Source of the DNA: Octopus sinensis
Lineage: Eukaryota
Length of the DNA stretch: 64,000 bases
Direction of reading: 5' to 3'
NCBI RefSeq assembly: GCF_006345805.1
Contig: NC_043001.1
Location: 106,330,001-106,394,000 of the forward strand
Shown here: positions 1 to 12,157 of the stretch, piece after piece
Layout: each line of letters opens with the position of its first letter
Numbering within the stretch: the first letter of the stretch is position 1
Position numbers and translations under genes: made by a program
The notes under the pieces: model-generated
Told to the model about the DNA's origin: nothing
Seen by the model: only the letters and a program-made list of their open reading frames with translations
The model's database searches: none

Positions 1-117
1 CAGCAACCGAGAAATAGGAGCAGTTTTCGTTTCGAGTCCCAGTATTTCAAAAAGCTATATTATCATTGTTAATGCTACGGCTATCCTTGCCGTCAACAAT
101 ATTCTCCTCTAGCTCAG

Positions 118-172
<55 letters not shown>

Positions 173-665
173 TTCAGTATCCTCATCATCATCTTCAGTA
201 TCATCTTCATCATCCTCCTCCTCATCATCATCATCCTCATCATTTTCATCATAATCATCATCATCATCATCCTCATCATCATAATCAACATCTTCATCAT
301 CTCCACCTCTACCATCATTATCATCAGCAGCAGCAGCCTCCACATCATCATCAACATCATCATTCTCACTGTAATCATCATCATCATCATCCTTATTATC
401 ATCATCATTCTCCTCCTCATCATCATCATCATCATCTTCAGTATCCTCATCATCATCTTCATCATTGTCATCATCATCAACATCATCCTCATCCTCATCA
501 TCATCATAATCATCATCATCATCACCATCCCCATCACTTTCACCATCTCCACCTCCACCATCATTATCATCAGCAGCAGCAGCCTCCTCATCATCATCAG
601 CATCATCATTCTCACTGTAATCATCATCATCATCATCACCACCATCACCATCATCATCATCATCG
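118..665. repeat. Degenerate (CAT)n trinucleotide tract with an internal ~246-bp duplication
   Basis: Pure CAT run from 118. Interrupting motifs recur 246 bp apart: ctccacc..catcattatcatcagcagcagcagcctc at 301 and 547; cattctcactgtaatc at 361 and 607. Confidence 0.9.
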
Positions 666-1390
666 TCAACAACATCGTATATAACCTAATCATTAAATAA
701 ATGTTTGCAAGAAAAACAATATTCTTTTACGTTTAATAATCACGTTAGTTTCAAAACTAAATTAACGAAGTCAGTTTCCAAACAGAATAAAAGAATAAAA
801 CGGACTTGCTTTCACCGCTTTACTCACTTTCCATTTCTTCACCATCAACGCCCCCTATTTCGCAGTCAGTTTGTTTTCCCTGCTCTTTATTTTTCTTTGT
901 TATTTTCTCACTACTGTTTATCATTGTATCTTCTTTTTCTTTTTTCTTTTCTTGTTGTTATATTTTTTATCTCTTCGCATTTCTTCGTAAATGGAGAGAG
1001 TTTCTTATGTTTAATGAGGTTTCAATGCAATGATAAAATCTTGCTTTGAGGTCGGTCACGATACGAAGATAAACTTGGAACTTGCAATTTATTTCAAATC
1101 ACACAGAAACACACAACTTAGCACACAAACAAACAAACACACGCACACATACACAGGGACGGACGAACACAAGGACACACACATATGGACACATATGCAC
1201 ACATATATGTATACATAGATGCACGTGTCTTATGCGTCTATGTATATGTATACGTGTATATATGACTGCATGTGTATACAGAGACAAATGAGGAGAGAGA
1301 GACAAATGAGGGGAGAGATGGTCAAAAAGGAAGAGAGAAAGAGAGAGAGAAAGGAGAGAGAGAGATATGGTAATAGAGCTATACTGTTAT

Positions 1391-1391
1391 C

Positions 1392-1436
<45 letters not shown>

Positions 1437-1540
1437 GTACACAGACAGACAGACAGACAGAGGGACAGAGAGATAGATAGATAGATAGACAAATATATAT
1501 ACAGAGCGAGAGGGACAGATAGATAGATAGATAGATAGAT
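1391..1540 (-). repeat. Compound (TATC)n/(TGTC)n tail of the Tx1-like element
   Basis: (GATA)n on + interrupted by ggtacacagacagac, agagggacagag and atatacagagcgagagggac, directly abutting the element 3' end. Confidence 0.85.
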
Positions 1541-2868
1541 ATGTTTCTTTATTAGCCACACAGGGCTGCACACAGATAGAACAAATTACAAGGTAGAGCT
1601 TTTCTTTTGAAGGTATTAAAAAAAAAAAAAAAAAAAAGGAAGGGGGAGGTTCGATCAAAAGGGATCGTAAAAGGAGAGAAAGAGGACAAAAATAAGGGGG
1701 GTTAAAAAAAAAAAAAAAAGGGGGGGGGAGGAAAAAAAAATGATCAATAGGGATCGTTATCACAGAAATGTCAATATGAAGTGTAAAGGGGAGGACAGGT
1801 GAGGTTTACCCGTGGAAAGAAAAGCCTGCGGAAAAGACCACGGTAACCTCGGTCAATGAAGTCACATTTTATATTTCTTTTTTTTTTTTTTTTTGCAATT
1901 AAGCAACTCTCTGTTTTCGATTTCTGGGTTCATAGGACTATGCTCAAGGTGGCTTCGTCATTCATACGTGCCATTCTTGCTACATTCACCCATCTTTTTT
2001 TAAAACATTCGCTAGACAAAACTTGCCTCTCTACTCTCACTTTCCTTTTCAAGTGGTACTTGAAGAAGTTGATGAGAGATTGACCAGAGAGGAAAGTGTT
2101 TGTCTCCAATCCTTTCAGACGCGTCCACCAGATACATTCTTTCGCCATAGCCACAAGGATGATGAAAATAGCTCTTCCTTCCCGTTTGAAGGAAGGAGGC
2201 GTGACAATATTGACGATAGACTCAGCTGATAAACCGACTCGTCCCACACGTGACAGCAGTTGTTCGACATAAGCCCACAGGTCGGAAATTGTTGGACACT
2301 GAACGAGTGCGTGCAGAACGGTTTCGTCGCTCTGACCGCATCTCGGGCAGGTCGGCCCCGTGTTTCTCGAGCCGTGTCTGTAGAGCTTATCCCGAACGGG
2401 TAGCGCTTCTCGGTAGCACTGCCAGGCCAGGGATCTCTGGAAGTTGTCCATGGGCCCTGGCCCGAAAGTCGTCCCGAACAGGCGGGTCAGGTACTCCTCG
2501 TCGACGTCCAGGTTCGCCCCGAGCTCGTCGTCGTACCTCCCCTCCACTAAACCCCTATAGAATGCTTTGGTTGTGTTGAAGTCACTTAAGGTCGACCCAG
2601 GACGGCAGAGTTGCTTGAGAGCAACGCGACACTCGCGGTGCCATTCGCCCTTCCTCGGCCTCTTTTTGATCCACGACTGCAGTTCGGTCATGGAGACGAG
2701 CTGCGGGAAAGCGTGCCTCACAAACGGCGACCACACCTGTTCACCGTCGTCTACATAGAGCCAGAGATGTCGCAGTCTCAGCGCGTGTCTGCGCATCATC
2801 AACCACGGCATGCCCAGCCCTCCTTTTAACGGGTGTTGACAGCAAATGGATCGCCTGACCATCGGGAC
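1541..2868 (-). mobile_element. 5'-truncated L1/Tx1-clade non-LTR retrotransposon (ORF2 C-terminus plus ~390-bp 3' UTR)
   Basis: Minus-strand protein has the post-RT GGLGMP motif, [16 protein letters not shown] and the zf-RVT-type knuckle [18 protein letters not shown]. The UTR ends in AATAAAGAAAC followed by (TATC)n. Confidence 0.9.
1930..2868 (-). pseudogene. Uninterrupted C-terminal ~310 codons of Tx1-like ORF2
   Basis: No stop or frameshift from [19 protein letters not shown] to TGA at 1930. The upstream part of the listed 434-aa ORF (YLSI repeats) is only microsatellite read-through. Confidence 0.85.
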
Positions 2869-2948
2869 GCACAGACAGACAGACAGATAGATAGAGGGAC
2901 AGAGACATAGATAGATAGATAGATAGATATACAGAGCGAGATAGGGAC

Positions 2949-3026
<78 letters not shown>

Positions 3027-3062
3027 GTACACAGACAGACAGATAGATAGAGGGACAGAGAC

Positions 3063-3121
<59 letters not shown>

Positions 3122-3290
3122 TACAGAGCGAGAGAGGGACAGATAGATAGATAGATAGATAGGTACACAGACAGACAGATAGATAGAGGGACAGAGACAT
3201 AGATATATAGATAGATAGATAGATAGATAAACAAATAGATATACGGAGAGCGCGAGGGACAGATAGATAGATAGATATATAGATAGATAG
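2869..3290 (-). repeat. Compound (TATC)n tail, unit repeated about three times
   Basis: Same interrupting motifs as 1391-1540, reiterated. Confidence 0.85.
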
Positions 3291-3525
3291 AAAGATTTCT
3301 TTATTGGCCACACAGGGCTGAACACAGAGGGGATGAAATACACAGTAAAGCATTTCTTTTGGGGAAGAAAAGAAAAAATGGGCAGTAGAAATTCGATCAA
3401 AAGGGATCGTGGAAAAAGGGGGAAAAAGGCCAATCAATAGGGATCGTGTATCACAGAAATGTCATAATGAAACAGATTAGGTTTATCCGTGGAAAGAAGA
3501 GCCTACGGAAAAGACCACGGTAACC
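3291..3525 (-). mobile_element. Second, diverged Tx1-like 3' UTR fragment
   Basis: Collinear with 1541-1848: tttctttatt(a/g)gccacacagggctg, gatcaaaagggatcg, atcaatagggatcg, tcacagaaatgtca and ccgtggaaagaa..gaaaagaccacggtaacc. Confidence 0.85.
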
Positions 3526-3797
3526 AGATCCCAGATCTCAATATTATTGAACACTTACAGTGCATTTTAGAAAAACAAGGAAGGAGTCGATATTCTCCAC
3601 CATCATCACTACACGAACTGGAGACTGCTTCAGCTGAAGAATGGACAAAAATTCCTTTGGAAACAATTGAAGCTTTGTAAGAGATCATACCTCGTAGAAT
3701 TCAAGCTGTAATTACTACCAAAGTTGGTCGTAACCCGTATTAAAATAAATTTGATTGAACTTTTAAGGGTTTTCCATTATTTTGCCCAGCCCCTGTA
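3526..3797 (+). mobile_element. Tc1-type transposon 3' end (transposase C-terminus, right TIR, TA)
   Basis: PDLNIIEHL..PPSSLHELE...EEWTKIP...PRRIQAVITTK matches the Tc1 SPDLNPIE..W region. It ends gtttccattattttgcccagcccctg|ta. Confidence 0.85.
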
Positions 3798-5576
3798 CAT
3801 CTGTCAATTTCTGCCACTGTTACAAAAGCTATACGTATAATGTTTCAACCTGTTTATGCATTGTATTAGTAATCATTATTTTTGTCACATACATCCGTAA
3901 ATATATTAACAAGAAAGAGGTACGAGAATTTTATTGCGTGCTTATATACTCAATGTATTGCCGTTTAAACAAATAGTTAGCCATAATGAATTCAGAAGAT
4001 CATACAAGTTTATGATAGAATATTCTTCATAGTTTCACGCAAAATCAATGTCTCAAGAGAGAGCATTGCAATGCATTCGACCTTTCTTTGGATTTGTGCT
4101 TCACGCCTACAAGTAACGTAGTTCTAAGATCAGAAGCTTCAATTAAAATGGTGAGATAGTGTTATATATAATATATGTGGCAGCATGCAATTTCACTCTT
4201 TCTATTTTTCATATCTGGTTATCTGAGAGGAAAACGAATGTCGATGCATGCATGCATCTAATGTTGAAGACCTTTGAGGGAATAAGAAGGTTATTCAATT
4301 TGAATATTGCACTCTGCGGATGCTTATGAAATGTAGCGAAGAATAATTTACGATGAGTATGCACAAATGATCGAATTAGGAGGTGACTATTGCACTGAGA
4401 CTGTCATCAGGAAATATTTGGAATATTACTGAAAATTGTGAATAAGAAAATAAAAGCGCCTCAGGTATACAGGCATGAATGTATATGTGTTTGTGTGTGT
4501 GTGTATGAATGCAATCGTGTTAATGTGTGTTCATTTGAAATTATGAACAAGTGATAAGTGGTGACGTTAACATATACAAACAGGATTATTTGCAAAGCTT
4601 TGAGATAACTCTACGAATCCAGTGTGAGTAATATCACGCCTTCTGTTTCTCAAAGTTTCTACCCAAAGACATGGAGAGTGGATTATAATACTGCAAAGCA
4701 ATTTTTATCTCTAAAACACGGGTTAATTATCCATGATACTGGACATTATTGATCCGAGGATGATCGATTTAAAGGCAGAGTTTACGAACAAACCAGGTCT
4801 GCATAGGAAACTTGGGATCGCTAGCTATAATAAATTAGAAAATTTACTGGGTATATGTACAATTTATGCTTTCTAAGGATTTAGATAATGTGGCGTCCTT
4901 GTAGTATCTTCTTAATGCTCCTCATCAGTATTATAATATTAATTATGCTAAGAGAAACAAGATCAATGCCTTTATTTTCTTCCTTGATACATAAATGTAA
5001 AATCTCATTGCTATGTAATCGATTCTAAACATTGAAGAACAGTGTTGATGACTTAAACGCGGTTGCTATTGTCACATACGTAGGACCTATAGTCAGTGGC
5101 GATTCTGCTTTACCAATGTCACAGAATACATTATATAATGATACCAGGTCTTCTTCTTTCAAAATAGCAAATTGTGATCTAGGTGGTGTTTGTGGAAGTT
5201 CGAGCCACTGTTTACAGATTCGACCATTGGCTCGCTAGTCAGGTCGATACTTTTTTCAGCTAAAATTATGACAGATTTTTCAATGTTATTTGGAAACTTG
5301 TTTATGCTTGTATGTTTTAGACACGATTACAAGGTTAGAAACTATGACCACTTAATTTTACACATCATGTTTGAGACTCGTCATAGAATGTAGGACACAC
5401 TCATTAGACCAGAGACATATTCCTGTGGCTTCAACACAGTATACTCAGCTGTTTGATAAGTTTGCCACTCTCCTACAACGGAGCGGAATAAGGAATCGGA
5501 TCTTATTCCACAAGACTGTTCATCTGTGCTCTAACAATACACACGAATTTACAAGTCTGGACTCACTTTTAATGTA

Positions 5577-5695
5577 TGAAACAAGAACGACCCATTTCTC
5601 AACCGAATTGTGACTTGCGATGAAAAGTGGATTCTTTAAGACAACTGGTGACGCTCAGCTCAGTGGTTGGACGACGACGAAGCTCCACGGCACTT
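5577..5695 (+). mobile_element. Hsmar1/cecropia-like mariner transposase fragment
   Basis: NKNDPFLNRIVTCDEKWIL*DNW*RSAQWLDDDEAPRH: first catalytic-D motif, with stops. Confidence 0.85.
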
Positions 5696-6543
5696 AATGT
5701 ATGGAAGTAATAATGACGAAGTTTACTTTAGAGGATTTGGAATTCTAAGCAGAATAACTCAGAAAACAAATAGCACATTAAAAACATCCAGAACAATATA
5801 CGTTTGTATCGGATGTTAAAAAAGACACAAACATATTTGTCCATTTCTGTAACCAACTGTCATGTTTTTCAATCCAGAATTCTTGTGAAATGGATTAAGA
5901 TAAGAACTTCTGGTAATTAACCATGCAGCTCATTCCAAACTAATATGGCCTAAATCCCTATTGTGTTGGACATTGTACTACATATTCCAAGTTCTGAACT
6001 GTATCATCATCAGCTTAAAATAGTGTCATTGTGAGATTCCTCTAAGTTTTGGAGTTCAACTGGGTTTTTTTTTTGTACTCCCCTTGATTAGTGATGACTG
6101 GGGATTAGGTTTTAGAACAACCCATTGCATTATAGCTCTGGTAATTCCACTAATCCATTCATAGGTTGCAGTATGAGCAGCTGTTAAAGAATCTTTGTAA
6201 GCTATCATCTAGATAGTGTTTATGCCAATATTTAATATATCACTTGTACAAAAGCGCCATGATTATCACATTTGCTATGCTATCACATGTGTTTATCAAA
6301 CCAACCAACAGCATGCCATCTGGATGACATCTATGAGATTCCTGCCTCATTTAAAGAGCTACTAAGTTAACAACACCTGTCTGAAGAATATCATACAATA
6401 AAATCGTAGAATCAAAGCAGGGACAGATCACAGGTTAGCTTCAAAAGATGATTAATTTTACTCTAATTATTACAATTTATCTTTGGTCTTGAGAATATCT
6501 AAGACTCTTTTCTTCACCGTCATCATCATCATCATCCTCACCA

Positions 6544-6705
6544 TCTTCTTCTTCTTCTTCTTCTTCTTCTTCTTCTTCTTCTTCTTCTTCTTCTTCTTCT
6601 TCTTCTTCTTCTTCTTCTTCTTCTTCTTCTTCTTCTTCTTCTTCTTCTTCTTCTTCTTCTTCTTCTTCTTCTTCTTCTTCTTCTTCTTCTTCTTCTTCTT
6701 CTTCC
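6544..6705. repeat. (TTC)n microsatellite, about 53 units
   Basis: Pure TTC run. Confidence 0.95.
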
Positions 6706-6924
6706 TCATCTTTTTTCGTTTTCTTCCTCTTCCGAGTTTTCCTTCCTCTTCATCGTCATCGTTTTCCTCTTTACGCTGCCGCAAACAAGATACGTTTCAA
6801 AACGCCGCAAAGGAAATCTGTCCTCATTTGTTAAGTCCTCAGTTCCCTTTTGTATAAATCTGCCAAAAACATCCAAGAAGTTCAGTTGTTTACTTCCTCA
6901 ATGTGGTAATCTCTGACACTTATA

Positions 6925-7095
6925 TTTGTTTCAGTCATTTGACTACAACCATGCTGCAGCACCACCTTGAGGGATTTTAGAAGAACAAATCGAATCCAGG
7001 ACTTATCTTTAAGCCTAGTACTTATATTATCGATCCTTTTTGCCGAACCGCTAATTTACAGGGACGTTAACACACAAATACCGGTTGTCAAACGG
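6925..7095 (-). mobile_element. SINE-B 3' half, degenerate
   Basis: ttgtttcagtcatttgact..catgctg..agtactta..ttgccgaaccgctaa..ggttgtcaa matches the copy at 19275-19692. Confidence 0.7.
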
Positions 7096-7129
7096 AGAAC
7101 GATTACAGATACACACAAGGCTAGATATA

Positions 7130-7171
<42 letters not shown>

Positions 7172-7172
<1 letters not shown>

Positions 7173-7413
7173 AAATGCCTATTTCATTACTACCCACAAA
7201 GGGGCTAATCACAGAGGGGACCGACAAGGACAGACAAACGAATCAAGTCGATTACTTCGACCCCATTGCGTAACTGGTACTTATCTAATCGACCCCGAAA
7301 GGATGAAAAGCAAAGTCGACCTCGGCGGAATTTGAACTCAGAACGTAGTGGTAGACGAAATACCGCTAAGCATTTCGCTCGGCGCGCTAACGTTTCTGCC
7401 AGCTCGCCGCCTT
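7172..7413 (-). mobile_element. SINE-A (tail type 1)
   Basis: Head GGCGGCGAGCTGGCAGAAACGTTAGC, B-box-like GAGTTCAAATTCC, core GCCGAGGTCGACTTTGC, and tail ending GTGGGTAGTAATGAAATAGGCATT. Confidence 0.9.
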
Positions 7414-8164
7414 TTCACGCGTATCTGGTGCACTGAAACTGTATAGCAAACTGTCCCTTTCAATTATTACAGGTATGGGTCTTACAAGAGACTTCTACAA
7501 AGTTTCTCTTTGCAGTTTTTTCACTCACCAAGTATGCACCAAACCGAGGCTGTCGAGAAATGCAACCGTTCGATATAACTCGCAATGGAAACGAAACCGG
7601 GATACCATAATTGCGTAGTAAGCATATTTGCCATTCCGTTATGCAACCTTTAATATGTGAAATACCTGTGACTCACGTTAATGTTATTCGTACCTTGATA
7701 GATAAGACAGCTCTAACAATACAGCATAAAGTAATATATTTTTCTCTACGAATATGCTTCATTTACAAGAGTGAGATAAATATTTTACCAGCTCATTAAT
7801 TAAAACGAAAGCCGAGAGAATGTTTGAATTAGCAACCAAAGTGTTGTCACAGTAGAAGAATTAAATCGCGCTCCATAATATAATAAATCAATATAAACAT
7901 TTATTGTTGTGATATATTTTCAAATATCTGTTTATCAATATGTTAAAGGTATACCGTCTTATCTATAAAATACTTTCTAATGCGATGCCCTCTAACCTAA
8001 CTTTTTTGATCGCATCTGTCAGTATCTTCATTAGTAGCACTACCATAGAGGAAGTTTTCGCTACGAAAACGACATCACTTTCATTTGATTAATGAAAAAT
8101 ATCTACCTATAAGGAGAATGCAAAATGGTTATCAGAAATATATAGCATCCACTTATGATTCATT

Positions 8165-8310
8165 CTATTTTGGCACAAGTCTAGCCATTTTGAATAATAG
8201 GAAGTCGATTACATCGACTCCAGGGGTCAACAGGTACTTCTTTTTATCGCCACGGTAAGCATGAAACGCGGAAATGATCATCAGTATTTGAATACAGAAC
8301 GTAAAGAGTC
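8165..8310 (-). mobile_element. Highly degenerate SINE-A-related copy
   Basis: aagtcgattacatcgactccag..ggtactt..ttatcg resembles the SINE-A core. Confidence 0.5.
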
Positions 8311-10429
8311 AGGAAACCTCCATTTAATGAAGCCAAAAGAAACTAATGCCGCATACATCCATACTTAAACACTTTTATTTAGCTGTCATTGTTTTGTTGA
8401 TGGAGTGTGGGGCTCAACCCAAGACAGTTTTGAGGAAGCATAACTATAATAAATTGTATATTATAGGTTACCTTACCAATATTTCAGTCTATATTCACCT
8501 CAGACTACACTATACAATACCCATGTTAGGGTGCATCTTCCGACAGCTTAAGTTATACATTTGAAACAAGTTGAATATGAAACTTATGAACAAATGCCAC
8601 CCCAAGTTTGTTTCTAAATATTTCATTTTGTAATTGTCCTAATGAATTTGATTATACTTTACGAATTTGAAAAATTATTGTAAGTCCGATTTTCAGTCAA
8701 ATTTCAAAATTCTCAGTGAGATGACAGATAAATCGGTGGGAAAAAGTAACTGAAGTTGGTGACAATATGCATGTGTATTATTTTACGCTGAATTATTTGT
8801 GAGGACTTAAATTTATTCCAGAACCTCTTTGAACAATAACACAATCATTTTTATTTACCTTGGGTTTAGCTTAAAATTGGATTTTTCTAGTGACATTCTG
8901 ATCAATAATATGTGAATCTGTTTTAGATATGTGCAATATCAATATTATTATTGGCGACAATTAAAGAAAGCGATTGTTTATATTATAGAATTCTGAATGG
9001 AAATTTCGAAGTCATACTATTTGAACATTCTTGAAGAGGAAGCCATGTTGGATTTCTCAAAATTGTCTGTATCCCTACTACATGTAAAAGAACGTATTTC
9101 GTTAGTAACGGCTGTTTTGTACTTTTGTAGAGGAATAAATATGATATTTAGATTATGTCTGTAATCTTTCACTACCTCAAGTGTCACCGTTACATTCACC
9201 CAGTTTGCAGTTCGAAATGAAATGGTACGGAGATGAGAAAGCTTTGAATGTGTATTTTTTGCGAGGATGCATAAGGACGATTTTTCTTTCATGTTTAAGA
9301 TGTGGTTAGACTTGGCATCTAGAAATTTTTCTCTGTGCATAGTTGACAGTGGCAATCTTGGGTGTTGGAAGACAATTGTTTTGTAATGAAACTCATCTTT
9401 ATCTGGACTTGCTTATTTCCCGTGTCTTTTATAAACCAAATAGATTTTGAAACTATTTCTGACATTTATCTAATGTCCCTGCTGCATGCATCTAGCTGGA
9501 AGATACCTTTGTTGCCCTGATGCGCAACGTTGCAATAGTCATGTCGATTCATCATGTATAAGCTTTAATTTCATATGCAAACGACATATATTCGTGTTTG
9601 TAATTGACGTTTAGCTGAGTTTTTTCAGTTTTGTCTGATATGGTTCGTCGTGACTAAACCTATCCCATTCGTTGGATGATTTGCACCTGTTATTAAAAGA
9701 CTGTGGCTTTTCACACTGAAGCAGACTGATTTAGCCTGAGATTAAATTTCATGTTAGATGTGTTTCTAGAATGTTCAGCAGAGGTGGGAGTTTTGTTGAG
9801 CAAAATGAATGAATATTTCATCTCGAAACTGACGGGCATCCAGTTTTTTACCGGTTAAACGACTGCCGGTATTAACAGAAATTTCTTCAATTTGCTATGT
9901 ATGTGAACTTGAGAGATGAATACCAATCCCCTTAAGGAAAGTTCCAGCAAAAAATGAGAAATCATTTAAATTTCAAGACATGTGTATTATATCCTTTTTC
10001 TGGATCTACGCTTAGATTTTGTTGTCGTGTGTTCTTGCTCTTTGTATCTAAGCTTAGATCTCAGGCCACTTTTAGTTTAATTTGCATTTCAATATGGAGT
10101 AACTTTGGGATATATTTTGTCGTTTCATGATAGGTAAGATATTCGTCTACAAACGGTGTTTCTGCAATGTTTGTGGATTTCAAATGATGGAAACATGTTT
10201 GAGGTTCTATTTAAAATATCACAGGTTTATTGTTTTTAATAGTAACGGTGTGCAGGCTTCACTTTTGGGATTCATCTAAGAAATATGCAAAGTTCACATT
10301 CAGTATTTGTTGCAATTTACAATTAGATTCTCTTAAAGGGCTAATTGTTATTTATAAAATAATCAGAGACAGTATAAATGCATACAAAAACACAAACACA
10401 GATGCACATATATACATGAACATTGTTAT

Positions 10430-10527
10430 ATGCAAATATATGTCTCTCTCTCTCTCCATGTATATATGTATATACACACACATAGATACAAATATACCCA
10501 TATGTGTGTATATATAAACATACATAT

Positions 10528-10558
<31 letters not shown>

Positions 10559-10811
10559 GTATATACATATACATATATGCATGCATACATACATACATAC
10601 ATATATATATACTGATATATGCACACACTTATTAGTAGTTATTTTCTGATCTCTCTCAAGGAATGTTTATAACTAAATTCAATTAAAGATAATTAATGTG
10701 AAACGCAATCTCTTTGTCGGCTCCAGTCTGTTTTCAATGCGTACCTTACCGTTTCCTTCTTGACAGGTAACAAATTAATACACACACATATACATACATA
10801 CATATATACAT

Positions 10812-10900
<89 letters not shown>
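10430..10900. repeat. Compound (TA)/(CA)/(CATA) microsatellites
   Basis: Direct inspection: two blocks, 10430-10625 and 10780-10900. Confidence 0.9.
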
Positions 10901-10903
<3 letters not shown>

Positions 10904-11926
10904 AATGTGTGTTTATGTGTATTTGTTTGTGTATCGACAAAAGAACATAATACTTCATATTATGTGTGTCAGAAAAATATTGGTTGTAGGTATTGGATAT
11001 GCGCAAATCTTCAATTGCTTCTGAGAATTCTTTAAATATTACCACAATTATTTTTCCTATTTGCCTTCTGTTTTGGCTAATTAAAATAATTAGGATTTGA
11101 AAAAGGAAACTAACATAAAGTATATAGTTTACTAAAATAAAATATATTGTTTACTAATAAAGTTAACATTTACTCTCCTCAATTTCTCAACCCTTCTCAC
11201 TGTGTATAAATATATTCATCTGACTTAGCAATGGCTGATTGTTCTCTTTTTTCTTTATTTCACAGTTTGTCTCACACAAACGCTTAAACACACTCAACAT
11301 TCGTCACAATTGTAATTCAACTGTTCGCATTATAATTCTTTCTGTTGTTATCACTCTTTAAGTCAGATATAAAATTTTTATATGTGAACACTTGTTTATC
11401 TGCAAACATATCTGTATCTCTGAGTGTTCGCATGTATGTATACATTCGTGTACGAATAACTGATAAATTCTGATGCATGAAATTCATGTCTATATATGTA
11501 TTTGCCTTTCATCATTATTACGGCATTTGTCTTTCATCATTATTCATCATTACGCCTCTCTTTCATCATTATCTCTCGTTATTTATCTCTCTTGGAATAT
11601 ATATTTCTACCTGGTTATGTATTCATGCTTTTGCCAATATTCGTTTCGACATTTCTCTCCAGTTGCTTAATTGTCAATCTATACACTATATAATTACCTA
11701 TCATTATTTGAAGGAAACTGTAAGTTAATAAAACAAATAATATTTTTCAACATTTGCCAAATTTAGCGTTTGATCTGCTCTTTTCACAAACAATGAAGTT
11801 TGCTGAATACAATTAATGATTTCAAGCAATGTTGCTTAAAAATGTCTTCAGGAGCGTACGCAACATGGCTGTGAGTGCTTCTATCTGTGCTTGTGTACAT
11901 GTGTGGAACTGTAAAGGTGGCGAGTA

Positions 11927-12157
11927 AAGGCGGTGAGCTGGCAGAAACGTTAGCAGGCCGGGCGAAATGCCTAGCGGTATTTCGTCCACCTCTGAGTTCA
12001 AATTCCGCCGAGGTCGACTTTGCCTTTCATCCTTTCGGGGTCGATAAATTAAGTACCAGTTACACACTGGGGCCGATGTAATCGACTTAATTCGTTTGTC
12101 TGTCTTTGTTTGTCCCCTCTGTGCTTAGCCCCTTGTGGGTAGTAAAGAAATAGGTAT
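11927..12157 (+). mobile_element. SINE-A (tail type 1)
   Basis: Full head, core and tail, ending AGTAAAGAAATAGGTATT. Confidence 0.92.

Noticed and set aside
109-693. 194-aa Met-rich ORF
   Set aside because: It is an alternative frame of (CAT)n.
2741-3437. 230-aa and 203-aa ORFs, and the N-terminal part of the 434-aa ORF
   Set aside because: (TATC)n has no stop in any minus-strand frame; only 1930-2868 is real coding sequence.
6470-6857. Poly-K and poly-F ORFs
   Set aside because: They come from the (TTC)n microsatellite.
9017-9355. 112-aa ORF in unique-looking DNA
   Set aside because: No recognisable motif, a TTG start, and upstream frames that I translated to about 9.8 kb contain stops. 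An exon cannot be excluded without RNA data.
11663-11719. Possible 57-nt plus-strand exon (CTCTCCAG..ACT|GTAAGT)
   Set aside because: It lies in low-complexity sequence, the peptide is uninformative, and such signal pairs are expected by chance.
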